Source: a virus
Lineage: Duplodnaviria; Caudoviricetes
IMG/VR virus record: IMGVR_UViG_3300025018_000091
Strand: one strand, 5' to 3'
DNA length: 64,000 nt
Part shown: in pieces, positions 31,258-43,434 of the stretch
How the letters are laid out: every line of letters starts with the position of its first letter
How positions within the stretch are numbered: position 1 is the first letter of the stretch
Translations under genes and position numbers: made by a program
The notes under the pieces: model-generated
What the model was told of the DNA's origin: nothing
The model's database searches: none
What the model saw: the letters and a program-made list of their open reading frames with translations, nothing else

Positions 31258-31986
31258 TTATTCATCAAATTGTAATATATTTTCTATTCGTTGCTCTAGT
31301 TGAATTACTTCTTCACAATCAATCTTATTACCATCAGTAATACCTTTGAAGTAAGCATGAATATCTTTAATTAAAGACTGTGAATTGATATCAATAGATT
31401 CTTTTATAGGCTTTTCTTTTTCAGAATGTTTTGTAATACATTCATTACCTACATTAAGTATTGCTTCAGAACCAGGTTTATTCATTGCTTTAGGAACTTC
31501 AAAATATATGAAATCTAAATTGCTTTTAATTCCCTCAACTACACCCTCAGCATAAGAATGAGAATATACTGGTCCTTTGCCCCTACAATTAATAAGAATT
31601 AATTCTTCGACTTTCTTTTCTAAAGCGGAATATACAAACTTTACTGCCTGCATATTTTCTGAATCACCAATTACATAATAGGTAAACTCACTTATACCCT
31701 CGACTGGCACCGATTCCTCTTGAACCAAGAAGCAATCGTATCGAGTAGATACGCCTAAAGCTAATTGATTACGCCAGCTATCCAATCCAATAGTTGAGTA
31801 TACTTTATTACTGTCATCGTAAGGTGGCGGCTTATCCTTAATGCTCTCCAGATCCTCCTCAGTAATGTTATACTTTGCGATGAGCTTGTCTGCCATGTCA
31901 CGCGCAGTAGCGGCTTCGTTCTCGTTAGGAGAATTTGCTAAATTAAGCAGGAGCCTTATCTTATTGAGGATTAGTTCATTAGCCAT
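31258..31986 (-). CDS. DUF2786 family protein
   Basis: KIRLLLNLA..NENEAATA..MADKLIAKYNI. Confidence 0.75.
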   Translation of the reverse strand: MANELILNKIRLLLNLANSPNENEAATARDMADKLIAKYNITEEDLESIKDKPPPYDDSNKVYSTIGLDSWRNQLALGVSTRYDCFLVQEESVPVEGISEFTYYVIGDSENMQAVKFVYSALEKKVEELILINCRGKGPVYSHSYAEGVVEGIKSNLDFIYFEVPKAMNKPGSEAILNVGNECITKHSEKEKPIKESIDINSQSLIKDIHAYFKGITDGNKIDCEEVIQLEQRIENILQFDE

Positions 31987-33368
31987 TATTCTTTGTTAGC
32001 CTCACAAAAGTCTTCTAACACTTCGAAACAAAGGACCAATAATAGATCTGCCTCATATGAATGGTACGGGGTAAGCTCCCAATAACCAACCAAATAATTA
32101 TATGCCGTTGATTGAGACGCAGTTAATTTAGTCTCAGTTATTGGTACTGAGAGATCATCAACCTTAATAAGCAAAGCTTCTATTTCTTCTTTTGACTTAG
32201 ACATTTTTGAGATATTCCTTATACAAGGCAACAGTCTTTTGATTGATAGCTTTACGAGCTTCCTTGCTATCAACAATTTCTCCCTTACCTTCACGCAAGA
32301 CATCTTCCAACATAGCTGCAATGATGAGTTGCAGCAACAGTATAGATTGCATCATCTTCATCTGTACAAAGGATGATATCCTCGGTAAACAAAGACTCCC
32401 ACCCATCATCATCATAAACAACACCAGTAAATTGAACTTCACAGATTGTATCGTCATTTTCAGGAAGGCGAATAACCTTTGCATACAACCAACCACTATC
32501 AACAGCATCTGTTGCAACCGTATCACCAACATTAACTTCAGAACCAAATCGATCTTTCATGTTTTACCTCATTGACTGGATAGAAACCCACCATCAACAC
32601 TATTACCACGAATCATTAGGACAACCGTCTTACCATCTTTTGTAAGAGTATAGTTCTCACCCTCGCCAAGATCCTCATAGGTAATGGAATCAACTCCAGT
32701 TACATCAACTATTCGTTGCATCATCTTCCAATGATTATCAGAAGCTGCATTTACAATCTTAGTCATGTTAAACTCCTTAATGGATTACGGCTTTTGTGAC
32801 CTTTAGATTATCAATCTCTACACATACAACATCTCCACAACCTTCGCCATCTGGATATTCAAAGAATTCCTTATCTCCAATTCGGATAAGGCGGAAAATC
32901 AAATTCATTCTATCAGCAAGATTTTGTGCATCTTTCTTGCCAAGACCAATAAATTGTTCAGAATTCATTTTTTATTCTCCTTTTCTTTTTTCTCAAATAG
33001 AGATATAATAAATCCGGCACTATAACATAACGAATTGATTATAGTTAATTTTGCAAATAGTTTTATCTCTTGATAAGTTGCAGAGTCATCAAGGATATGT
33101 GTCATCTTCTTTTTCATTTTCCACCCAGTTACTTATACCACAAACTGGGCATCTCCAGTAAACTTTTCCAATTTCATCTGGATCATAGTCACAGTCATAT
33201 GGTCCAGGAGGACCAATTTTGCTCATCTCATGTTTGAACATTTCAACTATGCTCCCACAACGATTACAAGTCTTACGAAAAGATCCTTTAGAAATTACTT
33301 TCATTTAATTTTATCCCGCCTATTACTATTTTGATATACTTGACAGATATAACAATAAAGACTACAAA

Positions 33369-34166
33369 ATGTATAGAAAATATCCAATCAACGAATCATT
33401 TTTCGATTCAGTCGACACTCCAGATAAAGCTTATTTTCTTGGAATTTTATATGCCGATGGATGGAATCAACCAAACAAAAATTCAGTAAAGATACAGCTT
33501 TCTGGAGCTGATAAAGAGATATTAATAAAACTTATCAAGTTAATTTATCCTAATGGAAAACCATTATATACTAGACGAGCAAGAGAATTATACATAAATG
33601 GAAATAAAACTTTTGGGCAAGAAGCTTTTACATTAGAAATATGTAACAAACATATTAGCAATTTACTTGCTACTTATGGAATGGTTCCAGCTAAAAGTTC
33701 AATACTAGAATATCCTAAATGGATGTCACCATCTTTAACATCACATTTTATTAGGGGCTATTTTGATGGTGATGGAAGTATATCTTTAACAAAGAAGAAT
33801 CAAATAGCTATAAAAATCATAGGGTCTAATATCTTTTGCCAACAAATTAAAGACATACTAGAGAAAAAAGATATTAAATGTGTAATAAGTAAAGCTGGTC
33901 GCTCTAATAAAGTTAAAGTCGTAGATATTCACGGTAATATTGTGGGAAGAAAATTTTTAGATTGGATCTATCATGACACAGAACTGTATCTTAAAAGAAA
34001 GTATTTAAAATCACAAGAGATATTGAATCTTATTCCAGCAGAGTTACCAACTACATGTTCAATATGTGACGCGCCATATTATGGATGTGGATATTGTAAA
34101 AAACACAAATATGAGTTCATTGGAAAACAAAAACGTCATGAACGCTATTTACGCGAAGGAAAATAA
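33369..34166 (+). mobile_element. free-standing LAGLIDADG homing endonuclease
   Basis: YFLGILYADG and FIRGYFDGDGS; same architecture as 9661-10497. Confidence 0.9.
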
Positions 34167-35152
34167 TCTGGGTGATATTCTCTAAACAACGAATTATACT
34201 TTGAACATACGTCCAAACAATTAGCACGGCATATAGGATCTTGCAAAGAATTGTGAGTTAATGCCCAACTCTTACGTTCAGACCTCATGTTTGGTCCAAC
34301 CACGCCAATAGGATTACAGTGTTCTCTAAAAGCTATAATACATGGATAGTGCTTATCTCCAACTATTACAGAATCATCAAAAGCTAATCCACAAATAGGA
34401 GAATCAGTATCTTTCAATCCTCTAACGTGTTCCCCATTTACAAAAGATTTAGCTCTAAATTTTAGAATCGGATGACGATCCAATATATCATTTTTGATGA
34501 TAGATAATCCTTCTGCCGGTTTGTTATATTGGGCAGAAGGAATTACTCTAATATCAGCAACCCCCAACTCATCAGCAAAATTAATAATATCTACAGTTTT
34601 CTGAACATTATCTGGCGTCAAAACAATCCCTACGGTTACATAGGTTAGCTTAGAAAGCTCTCTAATATTATGGGATATTACATCAAATGATCCTTTAATT
34701 CCTCCAGACATAAATTCAACATCTTCTGCACAGCAACCATCCAAACTAATAGAATAATCATTCACACCAAGAGCAATTAATTCTTTATACAAAGATAGTT
34801 TATTGGATCCATTTGTAGAGATGGCAATTCTCTTGATACCTTTAGATGAGGAATAAGAAACAATTTCTCTTATATTTTTATGAAGAGTTGGTTCTCCACC
34901 TGAAAATCTAATGTTTTCTAAAGGTTGCCCTTCGCACCAATAATCAATTCCACACTTAATAGCATTAAATGACATTTGTCGAACATTGGTATTATTCCAG
35001 ACAGAAGGATCAAATTTTCTACAATATGAACATTGGAAATTACAATACTCAGTAATGATCATTTCGCAGCGTTTCATCTGAGAAGTCTCAGACGTATTGC
35101 GTGCACGCTCATTAGACAGAGTATAGAATCCAATGTTCTTCAATTCTTCCAT
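34145..35152 (-). CDS. radical SAM protein (MoaA-like)
   Basis: CNFQCSYC, FSGGEP, ISTNG, C-terminal Cys residues. Confidence 0.9.
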   Translation of the reverse strand: MEELKNIGFYTLSNERARNTSETSQMKRCEMIITEYCNFQCSYCRKFDPSVWNNTNVRQMSFNAIKCGIDYWCEGQPLENIRFSGGEPTLHKNIREIVSYSSSKGIKRIAISTNGSNKLSLYKELIALGVNDYSISLDGCCAEDVEFMSGGIKGSFDVISHNIRELSKLTYVTVGIVLTPDNVQKTVDIINFADELGVADIRVIPSAQYNKPAEGLSIIKNDILDRHPILKFRAKSFVNGEHVRGLKDTDSPICGLAFDDSVIVGDKHYPCIIAFREHCNPIGVVGPNMRSERKSWALTHNSLQDPICRANCLDVCSKYNSLFREYHPDYFPSRK

Positions 35153-36636
35153 GACAAAATTCCTTTATAGTTTTCCTACTTTAGGATATTCAGGTATTAC
35201 GACCGGACTATAATCACTACTAGGAGGACACGGTTCACTTGAACGGGATAATCCTTCTGGCAACTTCTTAGCCAGAAGCTCATTTTCTAAATCCTCAACC
35301 CTTTTTACCAAAGATGCAAAGCAATCATAGATATTGGCATGGTTTATGAATTTTCCGGTAAACAAATCTTCATTTAAAGATTGTTTACAATGTGGACATT
35401 TAGGCAGGATTTTTCTCATCGTCATCTTCTTTTACCTCATCAATAGGTTCAGTAGAAGAAGAATCATTATCTATCTCTTCAACAATCTCGCCTACTGTAT
35501 CAATTATTCTGCCTCTATTGAATCCTGCACAGCCAACAACAAATAACATACAAAAAGCTGCCGCAACCTTACGAATTACATTCTTCATCTTCCTCAATTC
35601 CTTCTTCAAAAAAATCATATTCACAGCAAGGAAGTAATCTTCCTTGCTCATCTTTATATTGGACAAATTCTTCGCCGGTCTCATCTAAAATAAGCCTGCC
35701 CTCTTCATCACAATCGATATTGCAAGAGCAGCCTCTTGGAACGCAGTCATCGCAATAGTTTCCATTACTATCACTTGGCATGTATATCCAAGTTGCTAAA
35801 GCATTGCATACCATACATTTTGTTTTCATTTAATTCTCTTTAGATGAGTTTGTTAAAACTCCAAATTTTCATCTTCTTCTGAAATAGAAAGATTATCAAC
35901 AGACATATCGGATGAGTCAAAATGAATTGTAATTAATCCATCAATCATTCCTCTTGCCCTTGCAACAGCTATATTCTCAGCCTCTTCAAAATCATCCGCT
36001 TCTACTGTGACGTTGAATGTGTAACGTTTAACTACATCTCCAACTATAAAGTATTTAGGCATTTTCAATCTTCTTTTTCTAAAGAGGAAAGTTTCTCATA
36101 ATCTTTTTTAATTTTTATTGTGAAACGTTTAATAATTGGATAACTTATTGTGTAACGAACAATAAATGCACTAATTGACCAAATTAGTGTATAAACAATT
36201 CCTTGTAAAAGCCACGTGCCCAACAAAAAATCATCATTAAGTAATCTAATTACCACTCCAGTTATAAAGTAACTTACTATAAATGCATAGGTACTAGATA
36301 GGTTCCATAAAAATCGGTTTTATATTCCGAGATAATATATAGAACTACCAATACTAGTGTGAAGATCTGCGATTTGTTTTTGTATATCTTTAGACATTCT
36401 CTTTTTTTGCATTCATGATAGATTTTTTTACATGAAGTTAATTTCTTCTTCTGATTGAGTAGTAACTACAGCCTCAACGTGACCATTGGTGGAATTTCTT
36501 ACAACAAGCTGTACAACAAGATCATCCTGGTCCCAAGACATGTCAACATTCTCACGAAGAAAGTATTTAACAGCTTGCACTATTTCAGTGGTATTCAATG
36601 TGATTGTTCTTTTCACTGGTGGTCTCCTATAAGGGC

Positions 36637-36969
36637 TTACCATAAGCTTCCTCTTCTTTCAATCCAATCAGCTCTATCGTTAGCTATTTCTCTTTCTTTT
36701 TCTTCTTCTACTAAATCTCTCAAAAATTCTGCCCTAGTTCTTTTATCTTTGACAGGCTTAATCTTCTCTGGTTTTTTGACCTTTTCACTAAATTCTTTTT
36801 TATTGAATTTTGGATTTATGGCTAAGAAAAATTCTGAGAATAGATTTATTATTGTATCAAGATTACTCCCTTCAATAGGAAACCCACCAGATCTTGCATT
36901 TCTAATAAGCTCAATTGCTATTTTATAATCTTTTTTATTCATAAAATTATTCCCATTCTGTTTCACCAC
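36637..36969 (-). CDS. hypothetical protein, paralogue of 45642-45809
   Basis: MNKKDY...FFLAINPKFNKKEF. Confidence 0.55.
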   Translation of the reverse strand: MVKQNGNNFMNKKDYKIAIELIRNARSGGFPIEGSNLDTIINLFSEFFLAINPKFNKKEFSEKVKKPEKIKPVKDKRTRAEFLRDLVEEEKEREIANDRADWIERRGSLW

Positions 36970-37174
36970 GAGAGATCATTTTTTTGAAATCTTCAATTTT
37001 TTTATCAAGCTCATCTTTAGTTGGAGGTTTTTGTGGTTCGTATATTATTGAGAATCCTAGTATATCAAAAACAATAGCAGTTATTAAACAATAGCTGCGC
37101 TCTAATTTAGAGAACTTTTTCATTGTATTCTCCAACCTGGATGGTATAATAGGTTTCTACTAATCATCTTTCTA

Positions 37175-38263
37175 TTATTTCTTAAGGTTATAACCCTCCC
37201 CAACTAGTTTAACTTGCATTCTAGATTGCAGTTTTGGTTCAAACCTTTCAACAGCAGTGTTCAAAACAAAACCTTCTCGAACATGCTTTGGATTCAAAGT
37301 GCTAGGTCCCTCAGCATATGGATAAATATTCTCCTTACTTGTCCAAGGACCACGATACAATTCAGGAACTTTCTCCAATCCAATTGAATCCATTATTTTT
37401 ACCCTCTCATCATAGTCCAAATAACGACCGCTCTTAGTATTGAAGATATCAAAGAATCTAACCTTAGTCAAAAGTTGACCTTCCTTTATGACTGTATCAT
37501 AACGGAAACCCTTCACTTGACCATATAGCTCTCCAAAGAATACCATCATAGGATATTTAGCCATCTTGGATTCGAAATCTTCACGTAGTGCTACGTCCCA
37601 CCACATATCATCTTCATCCATCTTCTTATATTGATTGCGGCTTTTAACCCACAATATCTCTCCGTCATGACAGAAAGCTGCGTTACTACCATGTAGCTTT
37701 TCAGTAAGAACAATCTCTTCATTGTCTTGAAGACAAGACAGATATTTGCGCATTCCATCAATATCATAATGAGGAATCATCCATCCCTTTGGAGCTTTTC
37801 CTGCCCCGTTCCCTTTACCTTTTTTAATCTGGACATTCTCTTCTTCATCCTCTTCCCATTTCTTCAGGTCAAGCAATTCAACAAGAGAATCACCTTCCTT
37901 CATTCCTGTAACAGGATGAAGCATTCCTTGAGAATATACTCCACGAATTTTCTTTGCTTTCAGAATGCGATATTTCTCGGGAACTTCACCTACAGGATAC
38001 TTAGGTCCAGCTTGACGTTTCTCAATGTTCCCATTCTCATCTTCAAAGCTTTCATATGCCATTGGGCAAAGGAAATGAAAGCCCTCAGTATCAGGAACAA
38101 TTGTATCAATTGGGAGGTAACCAATCAAATCATTGATCTTAAGGTCAACCATATTGGTAATGACCGGGTAGTCACCAAGAACGGTGACAATGATCAAACG
38201 GTCAGCACCAGGATGCTTCTCTATCTTTTCAATACGTACTACAGATGGATTCCAATCGCTCAT
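37175..38263 (-). CDS. RNA ligase (Rnl2 / DRB0094-type) with N-terminal tRNA-binding-like domain
   Basis: HPGADRL, TEKLHGSN (motif I), FGELYG, FDI, REGFV, VKLVGEGY. Confidence 0.9.
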   Translation of the reverse strand: MSDWNPSVVRIEKIEKHPGADRLIIVTVLGDYPVITNMVDLKINDLIGYLPIDTIVPDTEGFHFLCPMAYESFEDENGNIEKRQAGPKYPVGEVPEKYRILKAKKIRGVYSQGMLHPVTGMKEGDSLVELLDLKKWEEDEEENVQIKKGKGNGAGKAPKGWMIPHYDIDGMRKYLSCLQDNEEIVLTEKLHGSNAAFCHDGEILWVKSRNQYKKMDEDDMWWDVALREDFESKMAKYPMMVFFGELYGQVKGFRYDTVIKEGQLLTKVRFFDIFNTKSGRYLDYDERVKIMDSIGLEKVPELYRGPWTSKENIYPYAEGPSTLNPKHVREGFVLNTAVERFEPKLQSRMQVKLVGEGYNLKK

Positions 38264-38639
38264 TATTTATCTCCAAATCATATGAAAACTATAAGTTTTG
38301 ACAACTTCAAAAGAAACTTATCAATACTTTGTTTTGCTTCCTCCAAAGAATCAAACTCTATTTCTTTAAAACCTAATTGATAATATTCTCTAGCAAATAT
38401 ATCTCTTTGAAAGAAAATTTGATATCTAATAATATCTTCTGCTCCATCGAAATATGGATGATCAATAAATATATTTAGATACTCTATATCTGAGTTTCTT
38501 TTTCCATATCTAAAACCTATTCTTCTATAGGTTTTATATGGATCAGTTACCCAGTTATGTATTTCATATTTGCCGAGCTTATACATCACAAGAAAACTTT
38601 TAAGTTTTCGCTTCTACGAATTGTTTTATTACAATCATT

Positions 38640-38717
38640 TGGTAGGGACGCCGGGAATTGAACCCGTTTTAGAACCTTATAAGGATTCCTAGGAAGACCA
38701 TTCCTAACCCGCTCCCC
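38640..38717 (-). tRNA. tRNA-Ile(TAT), irregular acceptor stem
   Basis: GAATC-CT TAT AA-GGTTC, D stem TAGG/CCTA, T loop TTCAATT, CCA; bulge in acceptor. Confidence 0.65.
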
Positions 38718-38718
38718 A

Positions 38719-39168
38719 TTACGAGAAAATAATTAGATTAATTATCCTTTTTGCAATAACTCTAAATTGCGACAAAGTTAAGTCTTTATATTTTGTATCG
38801 TTACTATTTCCATAGTAAATGTCATACATTTTATCACGATATTCTACTTCATACCCAGAAGAATATAACATATAACACAGATAATCTACGCTATTTTTTA
38901 GTTTAGGAAATTCTTTTAAGATATTCCAATCTTCTCCAACTTGGATATGACGTGTAGATGGAACATATACCATATTACTCCACCCTTTTTTTGAATAAGC
39001 AGATGGATGATATATCATCCTCCCACCACTTGTTTCATAAAAAAACGAAACACCATATAATGTGGGCGGGGAATTGCCAGTAACTAATTCTATTGGATAG
39101 AATTTACCATTACAATACTCTCTAATTTTAGATTGGAAAGATGACAGCAAAAGTATATCTTTATTCAT
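38719..39168 (-). CDS. hypothetical protein
   Basis: 149 aa; lies between tRNA-Ile and a copy of its 5' half. Confidence 0.6.
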   Translation of the reverse strand: MNKDILLLSSFQSKIREYCNGKFYPIELVTGNSPPTLYGVSFFYETSGGRMIYHPSAYSKKGWSNMVYVPSTRHIQVGEDWNILKEFPKLKNSVDYLCYMLYSSGYEVEYRDKMYDIYYGNSNDTKYKDLTLSQFRVIAKRIINLIIFS

Positions 39169-39192
39169 ATTGGTTTATTCTGCTCAATAAAG

Positions 39193-39234
39193 ATTAAAAG
39201 GATTCTTAGGAAGACTATTCCTAACCCGCTTCCC
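39193..39234 (-). repeat. 5'-half copy of the tRNA at 38640-38717 (loop reads CT TTT AA)
   Basis: aaggattcttaggaagactattcctaacccgcttccc vs aaggattcctaggaagaccattcctaacccgctcccc (3 mismatches). Confidence 0.8.
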
Positions 39235-39474
39235 ATTTCTCACGCTCTATATGAATAGCCTACTATAATCTTATCAGCATAGGCTTTGTAACTATATCTA
39301 AAGATTTCTTCTTTTATATCGCCATAACAATCAACAAGTGCCTTGACTTGCCAACAACAGATTTCATCTGTAACAATCTGAGTAGGTCCTTCTACAATCT
39401 TAACCACAACATGTTCTAATGTATTCATTTCCATTTTCCCTTACGTTTACACTTAGTGTAGCGCATTGGCTTTT

Positions 39475-39927
39475 CTAGTATAGATTGATTAGTTTTACCT
39501 TACGCTTGTATTCCTTATCGTCCTTTGCCTCTAGTTGCTTACCCTGATAAAAGTAATGTTTTGTTCCATCAGCAAAGATTCTAGCAGGACCATCTTTCCT
39601 ATGATAAAGATCCTTCCACAACCAATCTTCCCCACCATCAGGATAAATGATACTTGGTCCTTCCTTACGACCAAGATGACCATTCGTCCACCATTCTTTA
39701 TATCCTGTTTTCGGATTAATTACAGAAAAATCATCCGCCCTACCCTTCACCCCATTTGTGAAATAGACCTCCGTACCATCAGACAGAATTAATGCAGGAC
39801 CATTTTCTCTAAATGGAACTGCACCATAATTATCTGTCCCGTCGGGAGCGGCTGCTAAGTAATATTCTCTACTTCCATCTGGATTGAATTTGGTATATTT
39901 AAATGATGGCATGTTGCAATTATTCAC
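39475..39927 (-). CDS. MORN-like 'HRxDGPA' repeat protein
   Basis: RENGPA, RKEGPS and HRKDGPA repeats. Confidence 0.75.
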   Translation of the reverse strand: MNNCNMPSFKYTKFNPDGSREYYLAAAPDGTDNYGAVPFRENGPALILSDGTEVYFTNGVKGRADDFSVINPKTGYKEWWTNGHLGRKEGPSIIYPDGGEDWLWKDLYHRKDGPARIFADGTKHYFYQGKQLEAKDDKEYKRKVKLINLY

Positions 39928-40363
39928 ATTCTTTTAAACAAAGAGTTTGAATTTCATCACATTCATTAATGCATGACAAATGACAATTTGTTTTGCTTAT
40001 ACAATCTTTTCTAGAGGAGAAACACACTTTTTTACAATCCCAAGATTCTTTTAATTTATTAGTTCTATTAACTAATTCATCCATTTCATTATTAAACTCA
40101 CGAGCGCGCTCTTCTTGTTCTTTTTTGTATAGAGAATAAGCATCATTACAAGCCTTAATACTGCCAGCATTTTTAATGCAATTTTTGGATTGTTCCGCAC
40201 ACATATCTGATAAACCTGGAGTTATTGATTGGCAAATTAAACCATTATTATTATCACATTTATGAATACAATCTTGATAAAGATCTGTATTTTTATGAAA
40301 ACAACCACTTGCAGTCAAGATTACTATATATAGGACACAGTACGCCATATATGTTTTGTACAT
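39920..40363 (-). CDS. Cys-rich exported protein
   Basis: TM/lipobox ASGC; many C-x3-C units. Confidence 0.6.
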   Translation of the reverse strand: MYKTYMAYCVLYIVILTASGCFHKNTDLYQDCIHKCDNNNGLICQSITPGLSDMCAEQSKNCIKNAGSIKACNDAYSLYKKEQEERAREFNNEMDELVNRTNKLKESWDCKKVCFSSRKDCISKTNCHLSCINECDEIQTLCLKECE

Positions 40364-40387
40364 TTATTCATCATATTCTAATTATTT

Positions 40388-41209
40388 TTAATGCCTTTTT
40401 CTACCAATGCCATCTAACCAATTTTGTTTGGCACTTAATGGTCTTAAGTTACTTAAAGCCCAACATTTTTTAAAACTGCCATCTTCAACTGAAGAGTAAG
40501 AAAAAGTTGAGTTGGGTATGATATGATCTATTTGCCAAGTCCAAGTTGATTTATCATTGTCATTCCAAGTATGTTTGTTGTATCTTCCTTGATTAGACCA
40601 ATTCATCCATGACTCAAACTGTTTTTCTATATGAATCTTAAGTTCATCCAATGAGTAACCAAGAAAAGAAAATGTTGGTTTATTATGTTTTGATAATTTA
40701 TTCTTTTTTAAAGAATATCGAAACATGTTTCCAAAATATTCTTTGAATTTAAAGATTGGATCGGTTGCTAACTTATTAGCTTTATACTTCTTACGAGATT
40801 CTTTTATTTTATCATGATTCGCTTCAGCATATTTTTGTCGAGCTTTACGATAACACTCTTTTCCCTCTGGAGTAGCTGCCCATTCTTTCTTCTTTAAGAA
40901 GAGTTCGTCCTTATGTTGTTCACGATATTCTTTGGAATACTCCTTCATCTCTTCTATATTTTTTAGAGAATATTGCTTGGCATATTCTTTTAATCGTTCT
41001 TTGTTATTTTCGTAGTATTCTTTGTTTTTCTTGCTTATACGATCTTTATTCTTTTCATTTCTAATTTTTGTTTGTTCCTTCCTGGAAACCGCAAAATTTT
41101 TTCTGCAAAAGCGGCACCATATGAACAAACCGTCTTTTTTAGATCTGTCCTTACAGAAATTGTCTATTGATAAATTATTTTTGCATTTAGAACAAATCTT
41201 ACTCTCCAT
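40388..41209 (-). mobile_element. HNH endonuclease with N-terminal Zn finger and basic repeats
   Basis: CSKC..CRFC; WQIDHIIP...CWALSNLRPLSAKQN. Confidence 0.88.
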
Positions 41210-41264
41210 AAACCCTCACATTAAACGATGGTACATGTTATATATACCATCGTCTACGGAAAGT

Positions 41265-42176
41265 TTATCTAGGGATGGATTGAAAATAATCAAACAAACT
41301 TATTTCATTGAATGATTTTCTTACAGGGTCAACACTACATATTGCAAACTCTTGCTTTATAGCGTCAATATATTGTGTATGGCTCCCCTCATTTCCCATG
41401 TAGAACTTGTTCCAAGCATCATCAGTAAAGAACCTTTTAAGGTTCAATTGCTCAATGGCAAGATTATCAAAGGATAGAGTGAGGTTATTTTCCTTAAAGA
41501 AAGAAGATAAAAACCTAAACCAACGAAGTTTGTTTTTATCAATAGACTCTTTGTTAGAAGCATAGTGAGGGTTACCATTTCCATAGTCCTTATATCCAAG
41601 GACCAAAACCTTACAAGACTCTCCACCATTATCCTTCACAAACTTTTGTAGGTCATCAATTTCATAAACACTATTGATTCCCATGATAAGATGGAATACC
41701 ATATTAGAAGTCAATGGCACAAAAGGTGCGATATCTGCTTGATACTTGGTTCCATTGTAGGAGACGCCAAGACCATAGATCAGTCCCTCTAGAAGAGTAC
41801 GAATCTCAGCAGCATATGGTTTGAAATGTTTTTGATTTACAGTCATGTTGGGAACCAAACCACGAGTTTTTAGCTCTCGAAGGAATGGTAGAAGGTCTGG
41901 GTGGGAAAGAGGATTACCACCACCAATTGCAATCTCTACCCCAGCAGGTAGATCTTTGATTACATCAAGCAGGCGATTAAGATCAGCATGCTTTCCAGTC
42001 GTGGAAGATTTCTCATGGCACCAACGACACCCACCATCACAGTAATTCGTAATCTTCACATCCATTGACTCTGGGTGTGCTGGCATTGGCTTGCCATCAA
42101 ATTCACGAATTTTTGTCCCGTCATCATATAGCGAGACATGAGTATTACCATTAGTATAACTATGAAGTAGATTCAT
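41265..42176 (-). CDS. radical SAM protein (no SPASM domain evident)
   Basis: CDGGCRWCHE, IGGGNP; last gene of the FETNSSS operon. Confidence 0.9.
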   Translation of the reverse strand: MNLLHSYTNGNTHVSLYDDGTKIREFDGKPMPAHPESMDVKITNYCDGGCRWCHEKSSTTGKHADLNRLLDVIKDLPAGVEIAIGGGNPLSHPDLLPFLRELKTRGLVPNMTVNQKHFKPYAAEIRTLLEGLIYGLGVSYNGTKYQADIAPFVPLTSNMVFHLIMGINSVYEIDDLQKFVKDNGGESCKVLVLGYKDYGNGNPHYASNKESIDKNKLRWFRFLSSFFKENNLTLSFDNLAIEQLNLKRFFTDDAWNKFYMGNEGSHTQYIDAIKQEFAICSVDPVRKSFNEISLFDYFQSIPR

Positions 42177-42188
42177 TATTATCCTTTA

Positions 42189-42620
42189 TCAATCGTAACC
42201 AACCACCGCGCTGATTTCCGAGTCTGGATTGAAAACAAAGTTCTTGATATCTCGCATAGAGCCTGTTGCTTCAGAGATATAAGATAGAAACTTCGATGAG
42301 ACATAAGTGTTTCGGTCTGGTCCTTGAAGCCTGATATTGACCACAATATGTTCTGCCCCAGTTTGTTTTTTCAGAACATCTTCAAGCATTTTTTGAACTT
42401 GGTCATTACCAGTAACATAACAATACGCAGCAATAGCATTTGCCTTCTGCAACGCATCACTGATGTAAAACTCAAACTTAGAGAAGTCACCACCATTCAG
42501 AATGATATTCCCCATCTTATCTGGATTGAGTACGTCCAATCTACCTTCAGTTTCGATATTGCAAGTAAACGAATGGGAGCTGGATGAATTGGTTTCAAAA
42601 ACATTATGTCTAATTTGCAT
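42189..42620 (-). CDS. FETNSSSSHS-motif protein, paralogue 3
   Basis: N-terminus MQIRHNVFETNSSSSHS; FVFNPDS near the C-terminus. Confidence 0.8.
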   Translation of the reverse strand: MQIRHNVFETNSSSSHSFTCNIETEGRLDVLNPDKMGNIILNGGDFSKFEFYISDALQKANAIAAYCYVTGNDQVQKMLEDVLKKQTGAEHIVVNIRLQGPDRNTYVSSKFLSYISEATGSMRDIKNFVFNPDSEISAVVGYD

Positions 42621-42630
42621 GTTACTTTCC

Positions 42631-43431
42631 TTATAATTCTACAATTTTGAATTGTAAATCAAGTGTGTCTAGAATTTCCTCGCCTAGATATTTATCGTCT
42701 TTATATCTCGTCTTTAGTTTGTACATAGTAATAATCCCATTATTAATTTTTGTTAATGATGAAAATTGATTTCCTTTAAGGTCACGTCGATTATGTTCGA
42801 CGAAAGTCCAATACGGAATCTCATTACCATTAGAATCATAATGACTATTATTCCAATAATCATTGAGTGGATGACGTTCCATGATCGAATCAATTGCTTC
42901 ATCCAAAGCCTCAGCAGTTGGAATACCAGTGAACTTGTAAACAAGATCGCATTCATCAATCTCAAATTGATGAGTAAAAACAACATTACTTCCGACATCA
43001 TAGAAATTTGGAGGAGGACTTGTTTCATCAGAACCAGTAAAGATATAGGATTCTGAATTGAAAATTAGATTCTTTAGAGTTTCCTCATCTTCAAACCCTT
43101 CAAAAGAATTTCTAACAGACTCATGATCAATATATGAATCTTGATTAATAACGAATTTCACTTCACTAGCGCCAGTATGGTCTTGGATTACTTTTCGTAG
43201 CATATCCAATTTGGATTGTTCACCCTGACAATCACTTACGCAATAGCTAGCTTTAGTGAGAGGATCATTATATGCTTCCCACTCACGACCAAAACCCAAA
43301 CCTGTTATGGTAATGACCCCATTATCATCGCACTCAATAGTATCAAGAATACCAGTAGTATCGGTAGAAATTGAAATAGAGTGAGAACTTGAAGAATTAG
43401 TTTCGAAGACATTATTTCTTATATTTATCAT
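42631..43431 (-). CDS. FETNSSSSHS-motif protein, paralogue 2 (with C-terminal extension)
   Basis: MINIRNNVFETNSSSSHS; YIDHES; LIFNSES. Confidence 0.8.
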   Translation of the reverse strand: MINIRNNVFETNSSSSHSISISTDTTGILDTIECDDNGVITITGLGFGREWEAYNDPLTKASYCVSDCQGEQSKLDMLRKVIQDHTGASEVKFVINQDSYIDHESVRNSFEGFEDEETLKNLIFNSESYIFTGSDETSPPPNFYDVGSNVVFTHQFEIDECDLVYKFTGIPTAEALDEAIDSIMERHPLNDYWNNSHYDSNGNEIPYWTFVEHNRRDLKGNQFSSLTKINNGIITMYKLKTRYKDDKYLGEEILDTLDLQFKIVEL

Positions 43432-43434
43432 GGC

